From contig JASVEC010000025.1 in assembly GCA_030770535.1 (NCBI GenBank), positions 248,001-312,000 of the forward strand: DNA of 64,000 bases. Direction: 5' to 3'. Below are positions 12,741 to 25,507 of the stretch, in pieces. Below the pieces are notes generated by a model that was not told the DNA's origin, did not search any database, and saw only the letters and a program-made list of their open reading frames with translations. A program made the translations under genes and the position numbers. Positions within the stretch are counted from its first letter, which is position 1. Every line of letters begins with the position of its first letter. The stretch is from Batkoa obscura (taxonomy: Eukaryota).

Positions 12741-13221
12741 TATGGAAGTTGGTACTCAGTGGTCGGAGTTAAAAGCTACTCTTGCTTAATTAACTTGCTT
12801 TGAGTCGAACGGTCTTAGTTTATATAACTAAGATAGACTTAAATGAATAAGAATAATACGTAATAAGTTACGAACTATGTAAAACAAATAGAATAGAAGA
12901 TACTACTGTAAAATCTATGTAAGATGTTGTCAGAAAGACTTAGTGACTTTATTAATGATACGTTATCAGAGAGTAATTCAATTAAAAAGCCTCGAGTTAT
13001 CATGTTGAAGAATCTCTTTTATACTCCAACTGGGTGGCTATATATAAGGAACATTATAACAGTTATTCCTTATTATAGTTGCCAAGTATGGACATTAAAA
13101 CGCGGGCAATAAGTTCTTCATGATCAGGTGGTAGCAATTCTCACAGTAAATCTATATAAGGAACTCAGAATTGATTATTATATTATAATCAATCCTAGAG
13201 CTAATGAAGCGATATTTCACA
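12741..13221 (+). mobile_element. TGT...ACA repeat unit, copy C
   Basis: tatggaagttggtactcagtgg...gatatttcaca. Shares identical tracts with copies A and B. Confidence 0.75.
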
Positions 13222-13518
13222 CTGTAGTATAAAATAGTAACAAAGATAATAATATAGCATTATTTTTTATATTTTTTGATTTTATTATATTTTAGATAAT
13301 TTAACTTATTTGAATCAAATTACTACGTTTTAAATGATTTGTTATAATCGAATATTTTATCTCTAATTATTAAAGCTTCATTTATATCTCTGAATAAAGT
13401 TTTTAATGCTTTGGGACAAATATTAATATAACAGTGATATCCTTGCCAAATAATATTTAAGTGAAGTTGATTACTAAATAATATTCTTTCCTTCTATTAC
13501 AATTTATTTTACTTTTAA

Positions 13519-14417
13519 ATGATTAATGAAAATCCTTATGACAATATATCAGGATCTATTGGCATAGCATCTATAATCACCAATATCATCCTTCTTTATT
13601 TAGCAATAAAGGCAAATGAACCTACACGAAATCTAAAATTGGTCATGCTAATAGCAACCATTGAGCTTATGGTGCCTTTAGTTTCGATATATGGCGTAAT
13701 AGCCACACTAATAAGAGAAGACAATGGTGTTAATGATCCTAAATTATGTCAATATTTAAGGTTCACAATTTCATTCGTTTTTTCATCAATTTATCGTTTC
13801 TGCCTTCTTAGTATTGGAAAGGTTAAATATTGTTATTAAAATCAAGCACATTAGACATATTTATACCAGAGGTTTTGTCAATAGTGTTTCATCTGGTATT
13901 ATCCATTTTTTTAGCTACTAAGTTCGAATTTCATCCACAAACTGTAAATTTAGCTTGTTTGATATATCCTGAAACTTCATTGATCTCAAGTATAGCATTT
14001 TATCATTTTACTATAATATCATTTACAAGTTTATTAACAACAATGACCTGTTATATAAAACTAGGCTATTATCTAAGTAGCTACACTCAATTTTTAGCCT
14101 TTGATAATCCAGAAACAAGCTTTGATGGGCCAAAAAAAACCAAATCAAGAGGCTCATTAAGAATTTATTTTACTATCTCCCTTTACTCTATCTGTATGCT
14201 TTTAGGGCTTACCTTTTATTTACTTGATTCGACACTTGATTACTTACAAACTTATTTCAATTTGCAATATGCATTTGGTACCGTTGCTGCTATTTCAATC
14301 GCTCTGGGTTTATTACTTAACTCAATTTTGGGGCTTACAACGCATACTTTGGTGCATAGAGAGCATGTATCAAAGTGGAAGAGTTTAAGCAATAGCATTT
14401 TAAATCTGTATAAATAA
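13519..14417 (+). pseudogene. GPCR-like 7TM copy 4, frameshifted
   Basis: Colinear paralog with frameshifts at ~13780 and ~13857. The segment between them reads QFIVSAFLVLERLNIV in a third frame. Confidence 0.8.
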
Positions 14418-14611
14418 AGTGAATTAATACAATAAAAATAGAAATTTAAAATACATGACATCAACAGTTAATTAAAAAGTAAAATATTAATTCTACCATA
14501 ATTCTATTTTCAATTTTTTGATATTGATTGTTTATTTCAGCCAACATAGCCTTGTTTGTTCTTTAATATGTTTAATTTTATGGTTTATTTTACAAAAATA
14601 TTTAGCGTACA

Positions 14612-14777
14612 TAACTGCTGCTGCAACTCTATTGTGATCTAACTTGCCTTTGATTTCTAGAACTAGTGTTTACTCATTTGATATTTTTCATATATGATTT
14701 ATTATTTATCAAATTTAACAAAAGTTTTTTCTTAAATGAACAGTTAGCTGAGTTGTGATAGAGTTGTAGCAGCTGTA
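14612..14777. mobile_element. ~160-bp MITE with imperfect TIRs and TA flanks (Tc1/mariner-type)
   Basis: ctgctgcaactctat is inverted with atagagttgtagcagctg-ta. A related copy lies at 54531-54684. Confidence 0.5.
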
Positions 14778-15195
14778 ACATTATTGATCTTTCTTGCTCA
14801 ATATCAATTTTTCGATAGCGCGTGGTTTTATAAGTTTATTTAGTTTGAAAAATGTCTAATAAATACTATATTAACAGTTGCAATATAATAGTAAGTAAAA
14901 GCTAATAAATTCTCGAAACTTGTTTTTTAATTTAAAAAACCTGGTAGTTTAAAGTATTATACTTCAAATGTAGTATTTATTTTGGGTAAATTATTTTGAA
15001 ACTTAAGCTAAGGTTCGTTTTAACTAAAAGATTTTTCCCAAAAAGCATGGTGACTATTTTTTGTTAGAACCTAAATTAACCGCACAATTTTTTAGTTTTA
15101 GAAGCCAAATTATGCTTCTATTTAATGGACCAATCATCGGGATGGTAACTTGGGGTATAACAGAATATTTTTTCATAGTTATGTTTTAAGTTTTA

Positions 15196-17070
15196 ATGAT
15201 TAAAAAGCTGGTACCAGTTAAAAATCCAGAATCAATGTCGTCTTTATTTTTCAGTAAAAGGAATACTAAAAAAGGTACATTAAGAGGAAACAGTGGGGAC
15301 AGCTTGGGGTCAGTAACTTCAGATAACTCAAATGACGATAGCTTCACTAGCTTTCTATGGAATTATGCTGGTAGTACTAATAAATCAGATATTGTAGTTC
15401 AACATAATTGCTGTCTTTTCCCTTCTTATGGCGTCAAGGTTGGAAGTGGCAGGGACTCGTATTGGAATATTAAAATCAAAGGTCGAGCCTTTAATAGGCC
15501 AAAGGCTACTCGCAGCCATAAATTAGCTTTAGCTTTAGCCAGAAAGGTAGTTGGAATAACTAAAGAAGATGTGGAAAATAGGAGCTTAGAAGAAAGGTTT
15601 GGCTTCTTTCTTGATGCTAATTCTATCGATTTAACGATGAATATCGATGTACTTGGGTTGACTTGTACAAATACAATGGAAATATCTACCGAACCAATAT
15701 TTACGGAAGAGCCTGAAGATATCCTTGCTTTTGAGTCGGAAACTCTTCCAAAAAAAGTTCGTGAAAGAGAATCAGATAAAAGCAACAAATTTGAACCAGG
15801 TTCATTTACTAATACGCGTGATATGATAGACAATAACATTATTTCAGGAAATCGAAAACTAAAGACTCATCCAGTTGAGGTTAAAGATGGACATTTTAAT
15901 ACAGATATACAGGTTCCAGATGAAATCATACAAACATGGAAAAGCAACATATCGAAGGATCAGCCTGACAACATTTTAGTTGTACAAGCTAAGCATTCCA
16001 AAACTAGCCCAGGTGTAACTGGACAAATCCAGTTACTTGATGAGTATGGAATATCAATTATTAGTGATATTGACGATACCATTAAAGATTCAGGAGTTTA
16101 TTTAGGTAAAAAAGCAGTTTTAAGTAATACATTTTTACATGATTGTAAAGATGTTAGTGGTATGTCTGACGTATATAAATATTGGTGGATCCAGGGAGCC
16201 GCTTTTCATTACGTTTCTAATTCACCATGGCAACTTTTACCAATGCTAGAAGATTTTTTTAGGAAACATTCTTTCCCGTCTGGATCAGCGCATCTTAAGT
16301 TGTTTGATATAAGATCTCATAAATCCTTCTTTTATGAACCTCAAGGAAGTAAAAAAGCTTCCATTTTACAGCTATTTCAAGATTTTCCAAATAGGAAGTT
16401 TATTTTAATAGGTGATTCTGGTGAGATGGATTTAGAGTTATATACCAGTTTAGCAAGGGAGTATCCAGAAAATGTTGTTAAGATTTTTATAAGAGATATC
16501 ACTACACCACTTTTAAAAAAGAAATCCTCACTTTCTAATTTGGCTAAAAATAATGGTTCTTCGAGTAGTATATCAAAGCTCAAAAGTAGCGTTTCAGGGC
16601 TGAGAGGAGTAGCTAAAGCAAGGAGCAGTGTATCTAGCTTGAAGGATGCAGTGCACTGGCTTTCAGGTAGACAGGATAAATATCCTACAGTGACACAAAG
16701 CCCTAATTGTAGTAGAACATCACTTAACTCTGATGCAGGGTTAGAAACCAAAGTTAACAGTTCGCTTTCTAGTAATATTGATACAAATACTTTACATCCT
16801 GTTCAGCCGTTAAGAAGTGATAGTACTAATAGCTTTAGTAGCACTGATTCCGGAAATTCACTTCAAAACGAAGATATGTCAAATTCCATTAATGGTATGC
16901 CAAACAATAATCATATCAAACTTAGAATGAAGTTTCAACATCGAGTTAATCAAGCTACCAAGGGATTAACTGCCAATTTAGTTACTCTCTTTGAATCGCC
17001 AAATCAATTATTAGAATGTCCAATCGTTAAGCAGGCCTTGACAAAATGTAATAGTAGTTTAAAGCATTGA
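15196..17070 (+). CDS. APP1: Phosphatidate phosphatase App1 family (DUF2183/APP1 catalytic domain)
   Basis: IISDIDDTIK (DxDxT HAD motif), FHYVSNSPWQL, FILIGDSGEMDLELY. Confidence 0.9.
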   Translation: MIKKLVPVKNPESMSSLFFSKRNTKKGTLRGNSGDSLGSVTSDNSNDDSFTSFLWNYAGSTNKSDIVVQHNCCLFPSYGVKVGSGRDSYWNIKIKGRAFNRPKATRSHKLALALARKVVGITKEDVENRSLEERFGFFLDANSIDLTMNIDVLGLTCTNTMEISTEPIFTEEPEDILAFESETLPKKVRERESDKSNKFEPGSFTNTRDMIDNNIISGNRKLKTHPVEVKDGHFNTDIQVPDEIIQTWKSNISKDQPDNILVVQAKHSKTSPGVTGQIQLLDEYGISIISDIDDTIKDSGVYLGKKAVLSNTFLHDCKDVSGMSDVYKYWWIQGAAFHYVSNSPWQLLPMLEDFFRKHSFPSGSAHLKLFDIRSHKSFFYEPQGSKKASILQLFQDFPNRKFILIGDSGEMDLELYTSLAREYPENVVKIFIRDITTPLLKKKSSLSNLAKNNGSSSSISKLKSSVSGLRGVAKARSSVSSLKDAVHWLSGRQDKYPTVTQSPNCSRTSLNSDAGLETKVNSSLSSNIDTNTLHPVQPLRSDSTNSFSSTDSGNSLQNEDMSNSINGMPNNNHIKLRMKFQHRVNQATKGLTANLVTLFESPNQLLECPIVKQALTKCNSSLKH

Positions 17071-17412
17071 GTTTAGTTTTGTAATTTTAATAGTTGTTTG
17101 TTATTTCACTTTAAGTTAGTCTTTCTATTTTCCTTAATATTATTGGAAATGAAGATACTAAATGCCTTCCCAATCCATATATTTAGCTAATAAAATAAAA
17201 AATAAAATTGAGATGTTATTTTATCTTCTTCATTTTAATATTATAGTATCTAGCATTTACAAATTTAATTCCCATCACAAAATCAGGTTTATTAATTTTA
17301 TTCATATAATTATTTAATAATTATCAGACTCTCACTTAAATTCAAATATTAAACTATTTTAAATAATCATATCAAAATAAAACAATTTAAATAAATATAC
17401 TTTAATTAAACT

Positions 17413-18622
17413 TTAACTATAATAAGATAATACTAAAGGAGACAATAAAATGAAAGCTACTACTAAAGGAGTGAATCGGTTATCCTCATTTGCAATTATA
17501 TTATATGAACTTGGAGTTGAATCACTATCAAATTTAAAATAATTTAATAAGCTATCAATAAATTGGGTTAAGAAATCACTTTGATTATGACCAGCGTTGT
17601 CAATTTCCTCTGCGTTTTCTAGTTTGACTGGTTCATAATTAGTTAAAACAGTGTTATTCACCTCTTCTTCGTTTGAAGTAATAATCACATTTTGCTTTGA
17701 ACCGAAGAAATCCATTAATAATACTTCGTCAAATTTTCTATCAATATTATCTGTAACAAATCCGGGATGAGCGTCTAACTTACTTGGGTCATAAAAATCA
17801 AACAATTCTTTCAATGTTTTTTGACTTTCTGGATTGACATCCTTCATAAACTCGAGGGTAAAATGAGTAAGTCTTTCAACAACAGTAACTCCAAGATCAT
17901 TATGGTTATTATAAGAATAGGATTTCTCTCCAATTTTACTTGAACCTACAGATATAATATTTGGTGACCTAATCTTAGAATATAAAGAATTTGCTTCACA
18001 TGTATCAATGATATATAAAATTTCGTTGTACCTAGATTTTTGATTCATTTGCATAAACGCGTCCCCAATCTCTTGAGCAGTGATCTCCTCACTATCTTGA
18101 AACTTTAAAAAATTCTCTCCACCATGGCCGGTAAGATAAACCAATATATTTGAGTTTTCATCCGTTTGTAATCTTTTGGATTTAGGCACATTTTCAGGTA
18201 ACCTATTAGTGAGTACACGAACAAAATTTTCAACTGTTACGTCATACCCTTTGTAATCCACTTCAATATCGTTTCCATAAAGGTCTTCGTCACTAGTATC
18301 TCTAAATACTTGACCTGGGAATTTGTTCCGTGGATTGCAAGCTATGTCATCGGCTAACATTAAAATTATATTGGAGTCTGGGATTCCTAACCTTTTTACT
18401 GTTCGATAAATTCCTATGGCACTCGACAAATGTCTGTAATTAAACCAAAACCTGGAGGCACTTACCTAGAAAGCGTAAATTAAAGCTAAAATAAATCATA
18501 TGAACACTTACTATAACTGCCCAATTGTTTGTATGCTTTGATTTAGTAGAACTGATGAATTTTTCATTGTCAGCACATATAAAGAGTAGATAAAAGTTGA
18601 ATAAAATTAACTGTAAATTCAT
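17413..18622 (-). CDS. GPI8: GPI transamidase catalytic subunit (peptidase C13), 2 exons
   Basis: Signal peptide, HTNNWAVI|VSASRFWFNYRH across an intron at ~18466-18511, TGHGG and IDTC catalytic motifs, C-terminal TM. Confidence 0.95.
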
Positions 18623-18797
18623 TATTTCAAAAAGATGAAGTCAATTAATCACAAAGCTTTTATTTAAGATAACAACACTATTCTAACCAATTAAAATTAT
18701 TAATGATGAGATAGAGAATAAATTTATTAAAGATTTTAAAGAAACATTAGTCCAATTTATTGAAAACAGTTTTAAGATACTTATTATATAGCGTAAA

Positions 18798-19441
18798 ATG
18801 GATCATTCAATGCACAACATGCCGAAATCAGGAGGGATGAATCATGGAGTATGTTCGATGAAAGTAAAGATATCATAATTATTATAACTTATAGTTTTAA
18901 AAGATATTAAATATTAGATGACCATCAACGCAGATGTTGAAAACATTTGTGTACTTTTTGATTTCTGGAGAATCAATGGAGCTTTATCAATGGTATTGTC
19001 CTGTTTAATAATATTCATCTTAGGTATAGGGTATGAATATTTGAGAAGTTTAAGTCAAAACTGGCAGGAGAGGATTGAGAGGAGCTATCGTGTATTAGCA
19101 AATTCCGAACCAGAATCAATACATTTAGAAGATGGCTATGACCCGTTAACTTCTCCGCGTTTGTTACAAGACGAAAGTCCAGAGGATGCTATCAATATAA
19201 AAAGGTCTTTATTTCTATTATTAAATTTTAAATGCTAAAAATGTTTAGAAAACCTGTAAGTCGTTTCCCTTTAAGCATAATTTATGCTATCCAAGTTTTT
19301 TATTCTTTCATGCTAATGCTTATATTCATGACCTACAATATCTATCTTATGCTGGCCGTAACTTTTGGGGCCTTATTTGGTCATTTTTTTATTTCTGCGT
19401 TTAGACCTTTGTCTCCAAGTAGATCCTTTGCCTGCCATTAA
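18798..19441 (+). CDS. Ctr-family copper transporter, 3 exons
   Basis: Met/His-rich N-terminus MDHSMHNM..CSMK, VLFDFWRI, GYEYLR, and the TM2 MxxxM motif MLIFMTYN. Confidence 0.9.
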
Positions 19442-19573
19442 TATTTTTACTCTAATAAATGTTAGGATAGATTTAAAAATCTTTAAAACAGATAGCTAAA
19501 TCTTTGAGTAATAATAATTTATTAATAAAACGGGGTTGTTATCTGACGTTACTATTGTGAATGAGTCTAGTTT

Positions 19574-19821
19574 TTAGTCTGTTTTTTTCTCACTCTTTAA
19601 CTCAAGTAATATTGTTGCTAATGACTCTGGATTATAGCCTTGTTCTGTAAGAGATAATACATTAGATATACTTTCTTTATCTAAGTCTAAGCCTAACAAT
19701 TGTGATAATTCCTGTAATTCTAACTCATTTAAAAGATAAAACATCAGAAACAATACTATTTACCTCCTATGGTATCGCTTGTTTCTATGGCTGCTATCTC
19801 GTTATCACTATAATCTTCCAT
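19574..19821 (-). CDS. MZT1: Mitotic spindle organizing protein 1 (MOZART1), 2 exons; not in ORF track
   Basis: MEDYSDNEIAAIETSDTIG|ELQELSQLLGLDLDKESISNVLSLTEQGYNPESLATILLELKSEKKTD* matches the MOZART1 pattern LDxExL...GxNPEALA. Confidence 0.8.
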
Positions 19822-20259
19822 ATTTTTTTAAGGTTTGAAAGTTGACTTATTTTTTAAAAAAATCTTTAAATTATTGCAAAAAAGCAAAAAATAAATTACA
19901 AAAATGTCAAATTGTTGATTCGAGTTTTCGAAATTTTATGTTCACTTTATCTATAACAAATATCTCATTTTGAACTTAAGCTATTAAATTTAATGAAAAT
20001 AGTATTTAAATAAACTATTTTAAAAAATGAAGAAGAACATAATAAATTAATTTATTTTAAGTTTAAAAGTGCAAGTTTAAAAAAGTACAAATAAAATATT
20101 CTATAAAAATTTAATTAAAGATCAAAGATGGCTACATAAATAGCAATTATTGATTAAAGCTATCAAATAAAATTTGAATGATTTACAACACCAACTTACT
20201 AAGAATTAAAACAATTTAAATTTAAAGAGAAGATATTATATCGTATAATGAGATTTATA

Positions 20260-23200
20260 TTACTCCATATAATCTTCGTCATCGTCAATCTCAATCTCAT
20301 CTTCATTTTCTTCAAAATCAAGTATAGGTCCTCCTTGTTCATCTTCATTTGAATTCGACATATCAACTTTATCTTTTGAATCTCCAAGGTATTCTATAAG
20401 GTATAAATTATCCTCACACAAATTAGAAAGGTCCCCATAAAGTTTAGAAAGTACTTTTTGAATACCACGAATCGAAGGTAAATATGATGCAATATTTTGT
20501 TTTAAATATTGGGCATGACTGGTGAATAGAGAATGACACCAAATTAATAAAAATTCTAAATGAGGAGTACCTTGCTCAGCATAATTAGCCAAAAACTTCA
20601 ATAATGATTCTAAATACCTTGATGGTATCGATGGTGAAATGAGTGGGATATCTGATGGTGGAATTTTTTCAAGGACTTGTTTAATAATTGGTTTTTCATT
20701 AAGACGGAACGACATCACTAAGGCTTTTAAGTAATCTTCATCCTTTAATGTATTTAATACCGATTCGGGTGTAATTTCAATTTCAAGATCAAATGGATCA
20801 AAAAGCAATGTATCATCTAATGAATAAATAAGTAACCCTTCAGTTGAAGCTGCAGCCCATGACCTTCCAGTTGGAGAAAATCTTACAGATTTAGTACGAG
20901 CTTCTGGGCGAGTTCTCCTTACTGACAAATCTCCTTGTGCTACACCTGGAAGAGCTTCTTTACGATACTTCATATTAATCATAGGATCATCGTCTTGATC
21001 ATCAATTGTATCAAGTGCCCCTGCTTCTGTCATAAATTTAGAGTTCAGCATTTCTTGGGTTCCATCTAATGATTTATTATAAGTTATTTGGAATTTTCTA
21101 ACCAAAACTGAAGTTGAGCAATCGTAGATGCATACATATTTGCTGTTTCCACCACCAATGATACATTTTCCATCAGCAGTATAACATAATGAATTGAACG
21201 ATTTTCCTTGAGCTGAATTAGCTGCACTGATTTTATCTCCTACTTTACGTCCACCTGAAATATCATGTCTACCTTCAATAGATCCTTGTTGTTGACCCTC
21301 ACTTGGATCCCAAAAGGTAATTTCTCCATCCAAAGAAGCAGCAGCGATTTGTTTACCATCTGGGCTATAAGTTAATGCAAGTACATCAGAGTTGACTTGT
21401 AAAAGTTCGACAGATTGACCCCTACCAAAAGCATCCCATATCCTTACTGTTCCATCCCATGAACCAGTAGCTACCATATTATCAATAGGAGAAAAGGCCA
21501 TACATGAAATCGGACCTTCATGGCCTGATAAGACATCAAGCAATTTACCTGTTTGCATTGACCACACAAAAACTTCAAATGTATCAATGGAACCTGCGCA
21601 AATAATTTCACCTGATGGATCTACAGCTAAGCAAGAGAACTGTACTGGATCCGGGGTAGTAAAGGTACGGAAGTTACGATATCTTAAAAGATCAAAAGCA
21701 CGTACAGTACCATCTAAAGAAGCAGAAACAACCACTTGACCTTGTTTTGTAAACTCAACTTGTGAAATAGGCCCTTGATGCTCACTAAATGTCACAAAAC
21801 TGAAACCAGAAGCAGTATCCCATATCTTTAATTTTCCATCTTGACCCCCGGTTGCAATATTTTGACCATCTGCTGAATAAGACATGGTATTCATGTCAAA
21901 GTAATGCCCTTGTTGTTTAAGTACATAAGTCTCGGATTGCCATTCCCATACTAATAATTGACCATATTTTACAGTACCAAATGCCAACCATTCACCAGTA
22001 CAATTAATACTTACTGTGTCAATTTTTGTTTGAGAAATACTAAATAAAATTAGTAAATGAAATTGACAGAAATTTAGTTATTTACCTTAAAGTATGAATA
22101 TTTGCAAAATCTGGCAATTGCCAAATACCGAAAATACCTTTTGAAAAACCAACCAAAAGTAAATTTGATAATGGATGGAAAGCAACCGAAATAACTTTAC
22201 TTCCAGCTTGATTGAAATAATTTCTATTAGTTACTAACCATTTAACTCTATCCAATCTATCTTCATCAATAGTTTCATGATCAATTTCATCTCCATTTGA
22301 TACCAATATTTCGCGAATTGACGTATATTCCCAATCACAACATACACCGTCTTTACTGACTGTATAAATCTAAAAGCTATGAATAAAAGGAAAATTATCG
22401 TAGTTCAAGCTTACATGCTTCATATCATTTGAAAAATAACATCCCATAACCGAATCTTTATGTCCAGATAATGTAACGATTTCACTTTTCTTCCCATATA
22501 ATGGGAAAATTTTACAACTCATATCTGTTGATCCAGTAACAATATATCTATGATTTGATTAATATTAATATTTCTTTTCTTTTTTCTTTTTTATTACCTG
22601 CTATCAGGTGACCAACTTAAACAAGTAATGGTATCAAAGTGACTTTTACTTTCTTTAAGTTTAACAAAAGGGGTCAACTCTCTATGGGAACCTGGAGTTC
22701 TCCAAAGCTGAATTTCATTTTCTATAGTATAAGCAAAGAACCTAGATTTTCTTTAACATTCTATTCGTTATAGTAAAATATATAATTTTTACTTTCCATT
22801 TGGACTAAACTTTAATGTTCTTATTCTTCCTTTAAAATTAAATCTATGGAGGACAAAACGTCTATTTAAATTCATCAAAACTCCATGACCCTCTTTATAA
22901 AACTATTAATATTCACTCTATACAATTATTATTTTAATCTATTACCCTCATCAGCTACAAACAACATGTTCCCGTTAGGTGTTATATCCATACATACTAT
23001 ATTGGTACTTGTTTCAAAAGGTAATGTAATAGACTTATTACTTTAAACTATTTAATAATTATAAATTGAATTTTATAAGTCATTTACTTTATAAGGTCAA
23101 ATACCGTAACTCTATTTCCAACTGGTGATATTAACGAGTTACCATCAGGTGTAAAAATTACATTTCCTTGTTTATAAACTGTACCGCAAAGGTTTGAAAA

Positions 23201-23268
23201 CTAAATTGATGTTTAGTTGTTATATTTGATAAGTTTATTATTTAAATTACTTTGAAATCTGATTTCAT
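20260..23268 (-). CDS. PWP2: Periodic tryptophan protein 2 / Utp1 (WD40, SSU processome), multi-exon
   Basis: MKSDFK|FSNLCGTVYKQGN...SPVGNRV, GQLLVWEWQSETYVLKQQGH, FSPTGRSWAAASTEGLLIYS. Confidence 0.95.
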
Positions 23269-23600
23269 CTATCTCTATATTTTTTGATTAAATTTTTTAT
23301 ACCGAAATAATAATTTTATTTTTATTTAATTTAGTAACATTATTTTAATAGGATCACTTAGTATTATGGGTGAACTATAAGTTGATACATAAATTTATAA
23401 ACTCTCACTTCCTAAATTTAGAAAATCCAAAAATAATGTTATCAAGTTTAAACTCAAAAAATCAGATAAATTAAAATTAAAGATAAATGAACTGTTAAAA
23501 ATCATTAAATAGTTAATTTTATTAAAATATATAAAACAAAGTATAAATACAATGAGTTTACACAAAGAATTTACATAAAACTCCATCGACTGGATTAAGA

Positions 23601-23912
23601 ATGTTTAATAAAACTGTTATTTTCATTATTGCTTTATTAGCTAATATTGTCTTTACTGCTCCAACTGGTTTGGGCTCTATTCCTGTTAGAAGATGTTTTG
23701 ATGATTGCTGGGGATGTGGACCATGTGATTTTGGCTTTACTGGACTTGCTCCTTTTGATTTTGACGGTTTCTATGGTGGTACTTTTAATGGTTTCTTTGA
23801 TGGCAATTGTGGTAGTTGTTTCAATGGTGGATGCAATGGCTCTGGTTGTTGTGGTGACTGCTTTGATGGCTGTAATGGCTTCGGCTCTTTTAATAACTTT
23901 GGCTGGTTTTGA
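23601..23912 (+). CDS. Small secreted Cys/Gly/Phe-rich protein
   Basis: Signal peptide MFNKTVIFIIALLANIVFTA, short pro-region ending RR, then 11 Cys in CFDG/CNG/FNG-like repeats. Confidence 0.75.
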   Translation: MFNKTVIFIIALLANIVFTAPTGLGSIPVRRCFDDCWGCGPCDFGFTGLAPFDFDGFYGGTFNGFFDGNCGSCFNGGCNGSGCCGDCFDGCNGFGSFNNFGWF

Positions 23913-24147
23913 TAACCATCTCTCTAGTTTTTGTCCCTGTTTTTTTAAACCATGTTGAACTTTTTTAAAATAAAGTAGCATCTTATTCTAACCTAAGAAT
24001 ATTACCTAATAATTTTAATGTTTTATATTTAAATTTTTTTAAATTAACAATTAAATATTTATTTTATAAGCCACAATTAAAAAGTTAAATACATAAAGCT
24101 TTTTAATTAAAAACAAAGTTTTATTTTAATGTATATCCTTTTCTAAT

Positions 24148-25507
24148 TTATTCCTGTTGATTATTACTTTGTTGTAATCCTTGTGTAGCATACATTTTAG
24201 TTAAAGTTGGTCCAGTAAATTGATTGAGTTGTTTACAATAACTATTAATTTGATAATTAGTTAATAAAGAATCAAAACGTGAAGGTTCTGCTGGTAACTT
24301 AAATTTAGCATAAACTTGTTCTTCAGTCTCTAATATCAATGGTGCTTGTCCACGTGCTACTCTTGCTTCATTTTCTTGATGCTATAATATATATTAGTTT
24401 TATTTTATATTAAAATTATTATTATTTTTACTTTAGATTGAAGATAACTTTGGATACGACTCTTTTCTCTTGCTAAATTACGTGAATGATATTGGAAATT
24501 ATTTTGTTCATTAGAATAATCTTCCAAGGACTCTAATAAGTTTTCAAGGTTACGTTCAATATATGGCTCAATATTTAAATCTAAGATGCCATAATTTGGT
24601 GATATAAAAGAGGAGCTTGGTAAAGCTGGGGTATTGAAACGAATAGATGGTCCAGTATTTAAACTGGCTTCAAGTACTTCACTATCATCAACAAGTTCAT
24701 GTAACATAGCATTGATAATATCTGGATTATGAATTATAATTGGAATCTCGACTAATATATTCTCAAAAGTAAGGCTAGAGTCACTTAAACTAAAAAAAAT
24801 TAAAAATTAGTTTATTAAAATAAAACAAATTACCTTTTTGAAGTAAACTTATTGCTTTGGTAAAGCTCCATAAAACTATCTGATAATCTATAAGCACGAA
24901 GGTGAAGAGAACCAATGGCACTTCTAGAAACATCTTATACTGTTTAATTTTTCATTTTACATAAATATAATTGAAATACCATGAACTAAAGCAACGCACT
25001 TATTACCCAAACTTCTTTGGTATGAAGCTTGAGTTTCAATAAAACTAGATGTCAAAAAATCGTTTAATTGGGATGAAACATACCATCCAACAGTGGTAGA
25101 ATCAATATTAACTTCACGATAATGGCGAATCATTTCAGCACGATATTGAGCAGCTAAAATACAGATTATATACAATTTCCTTTATGTTAAAATAAGATTA
25201 CCATTGATACTTTTATTTTCAGAAACACTTGGGAAAGCAAAAGAGTTTGTTACTTCTAAAACTTCATTAAAGTCCAAACCTAATAATAAACCAGATGAAT
25301 AAGATGGGAAGTTTTCACGACAGTGTTTAATGATATTCATTAAAACCTGAATAAAATATTAGCTTAAAATTCGATCATGAACAGTCAACTTACAATCCCT
25401 TCCAATTGAACACTTGTAATTGGGATCTTTCCTTCAACATCGAAATCGGTTTCGGTGATCTTTATCTCTTTAGTTTCACTTGGAGTGCTAATGTTTTTTT
25501 TGCTCAT
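24148..25507 (-). CDS. EIF3H: Translation initiation factor eIF3 subunit h (MPN domain), multi-exon
   Basis: VLMNIIKHCRE, GLLLGLD..LEVTNSFAFP, REVNIDSTTVGWY, LRAYRLS, EPSRFDSLLTNYQINSYCKQL. Confidence 0.9.

Noticed and set aside
11816..13221. Hammerhead ribozyme in the repeat unit (Penelope/retrozyme idea)
   Set aside because: No CTGANGA...GAAA core with flanking stems was found by eye; a covariance-model search would be needed to exclude it.
15426..16751. Antisense ORFs within APP1 (also 7438-7674, 14252-14464, 38535-38747, 59797-59997, 61591-61800)
   Set aside because: Antisense shadows of well-supported genes.
23637..23981. Antisense 114-aa ORF over the secreted peptide gene
   Set aside because: Explained by repetitive GGT/TGT/TTT codons on the sense strand.
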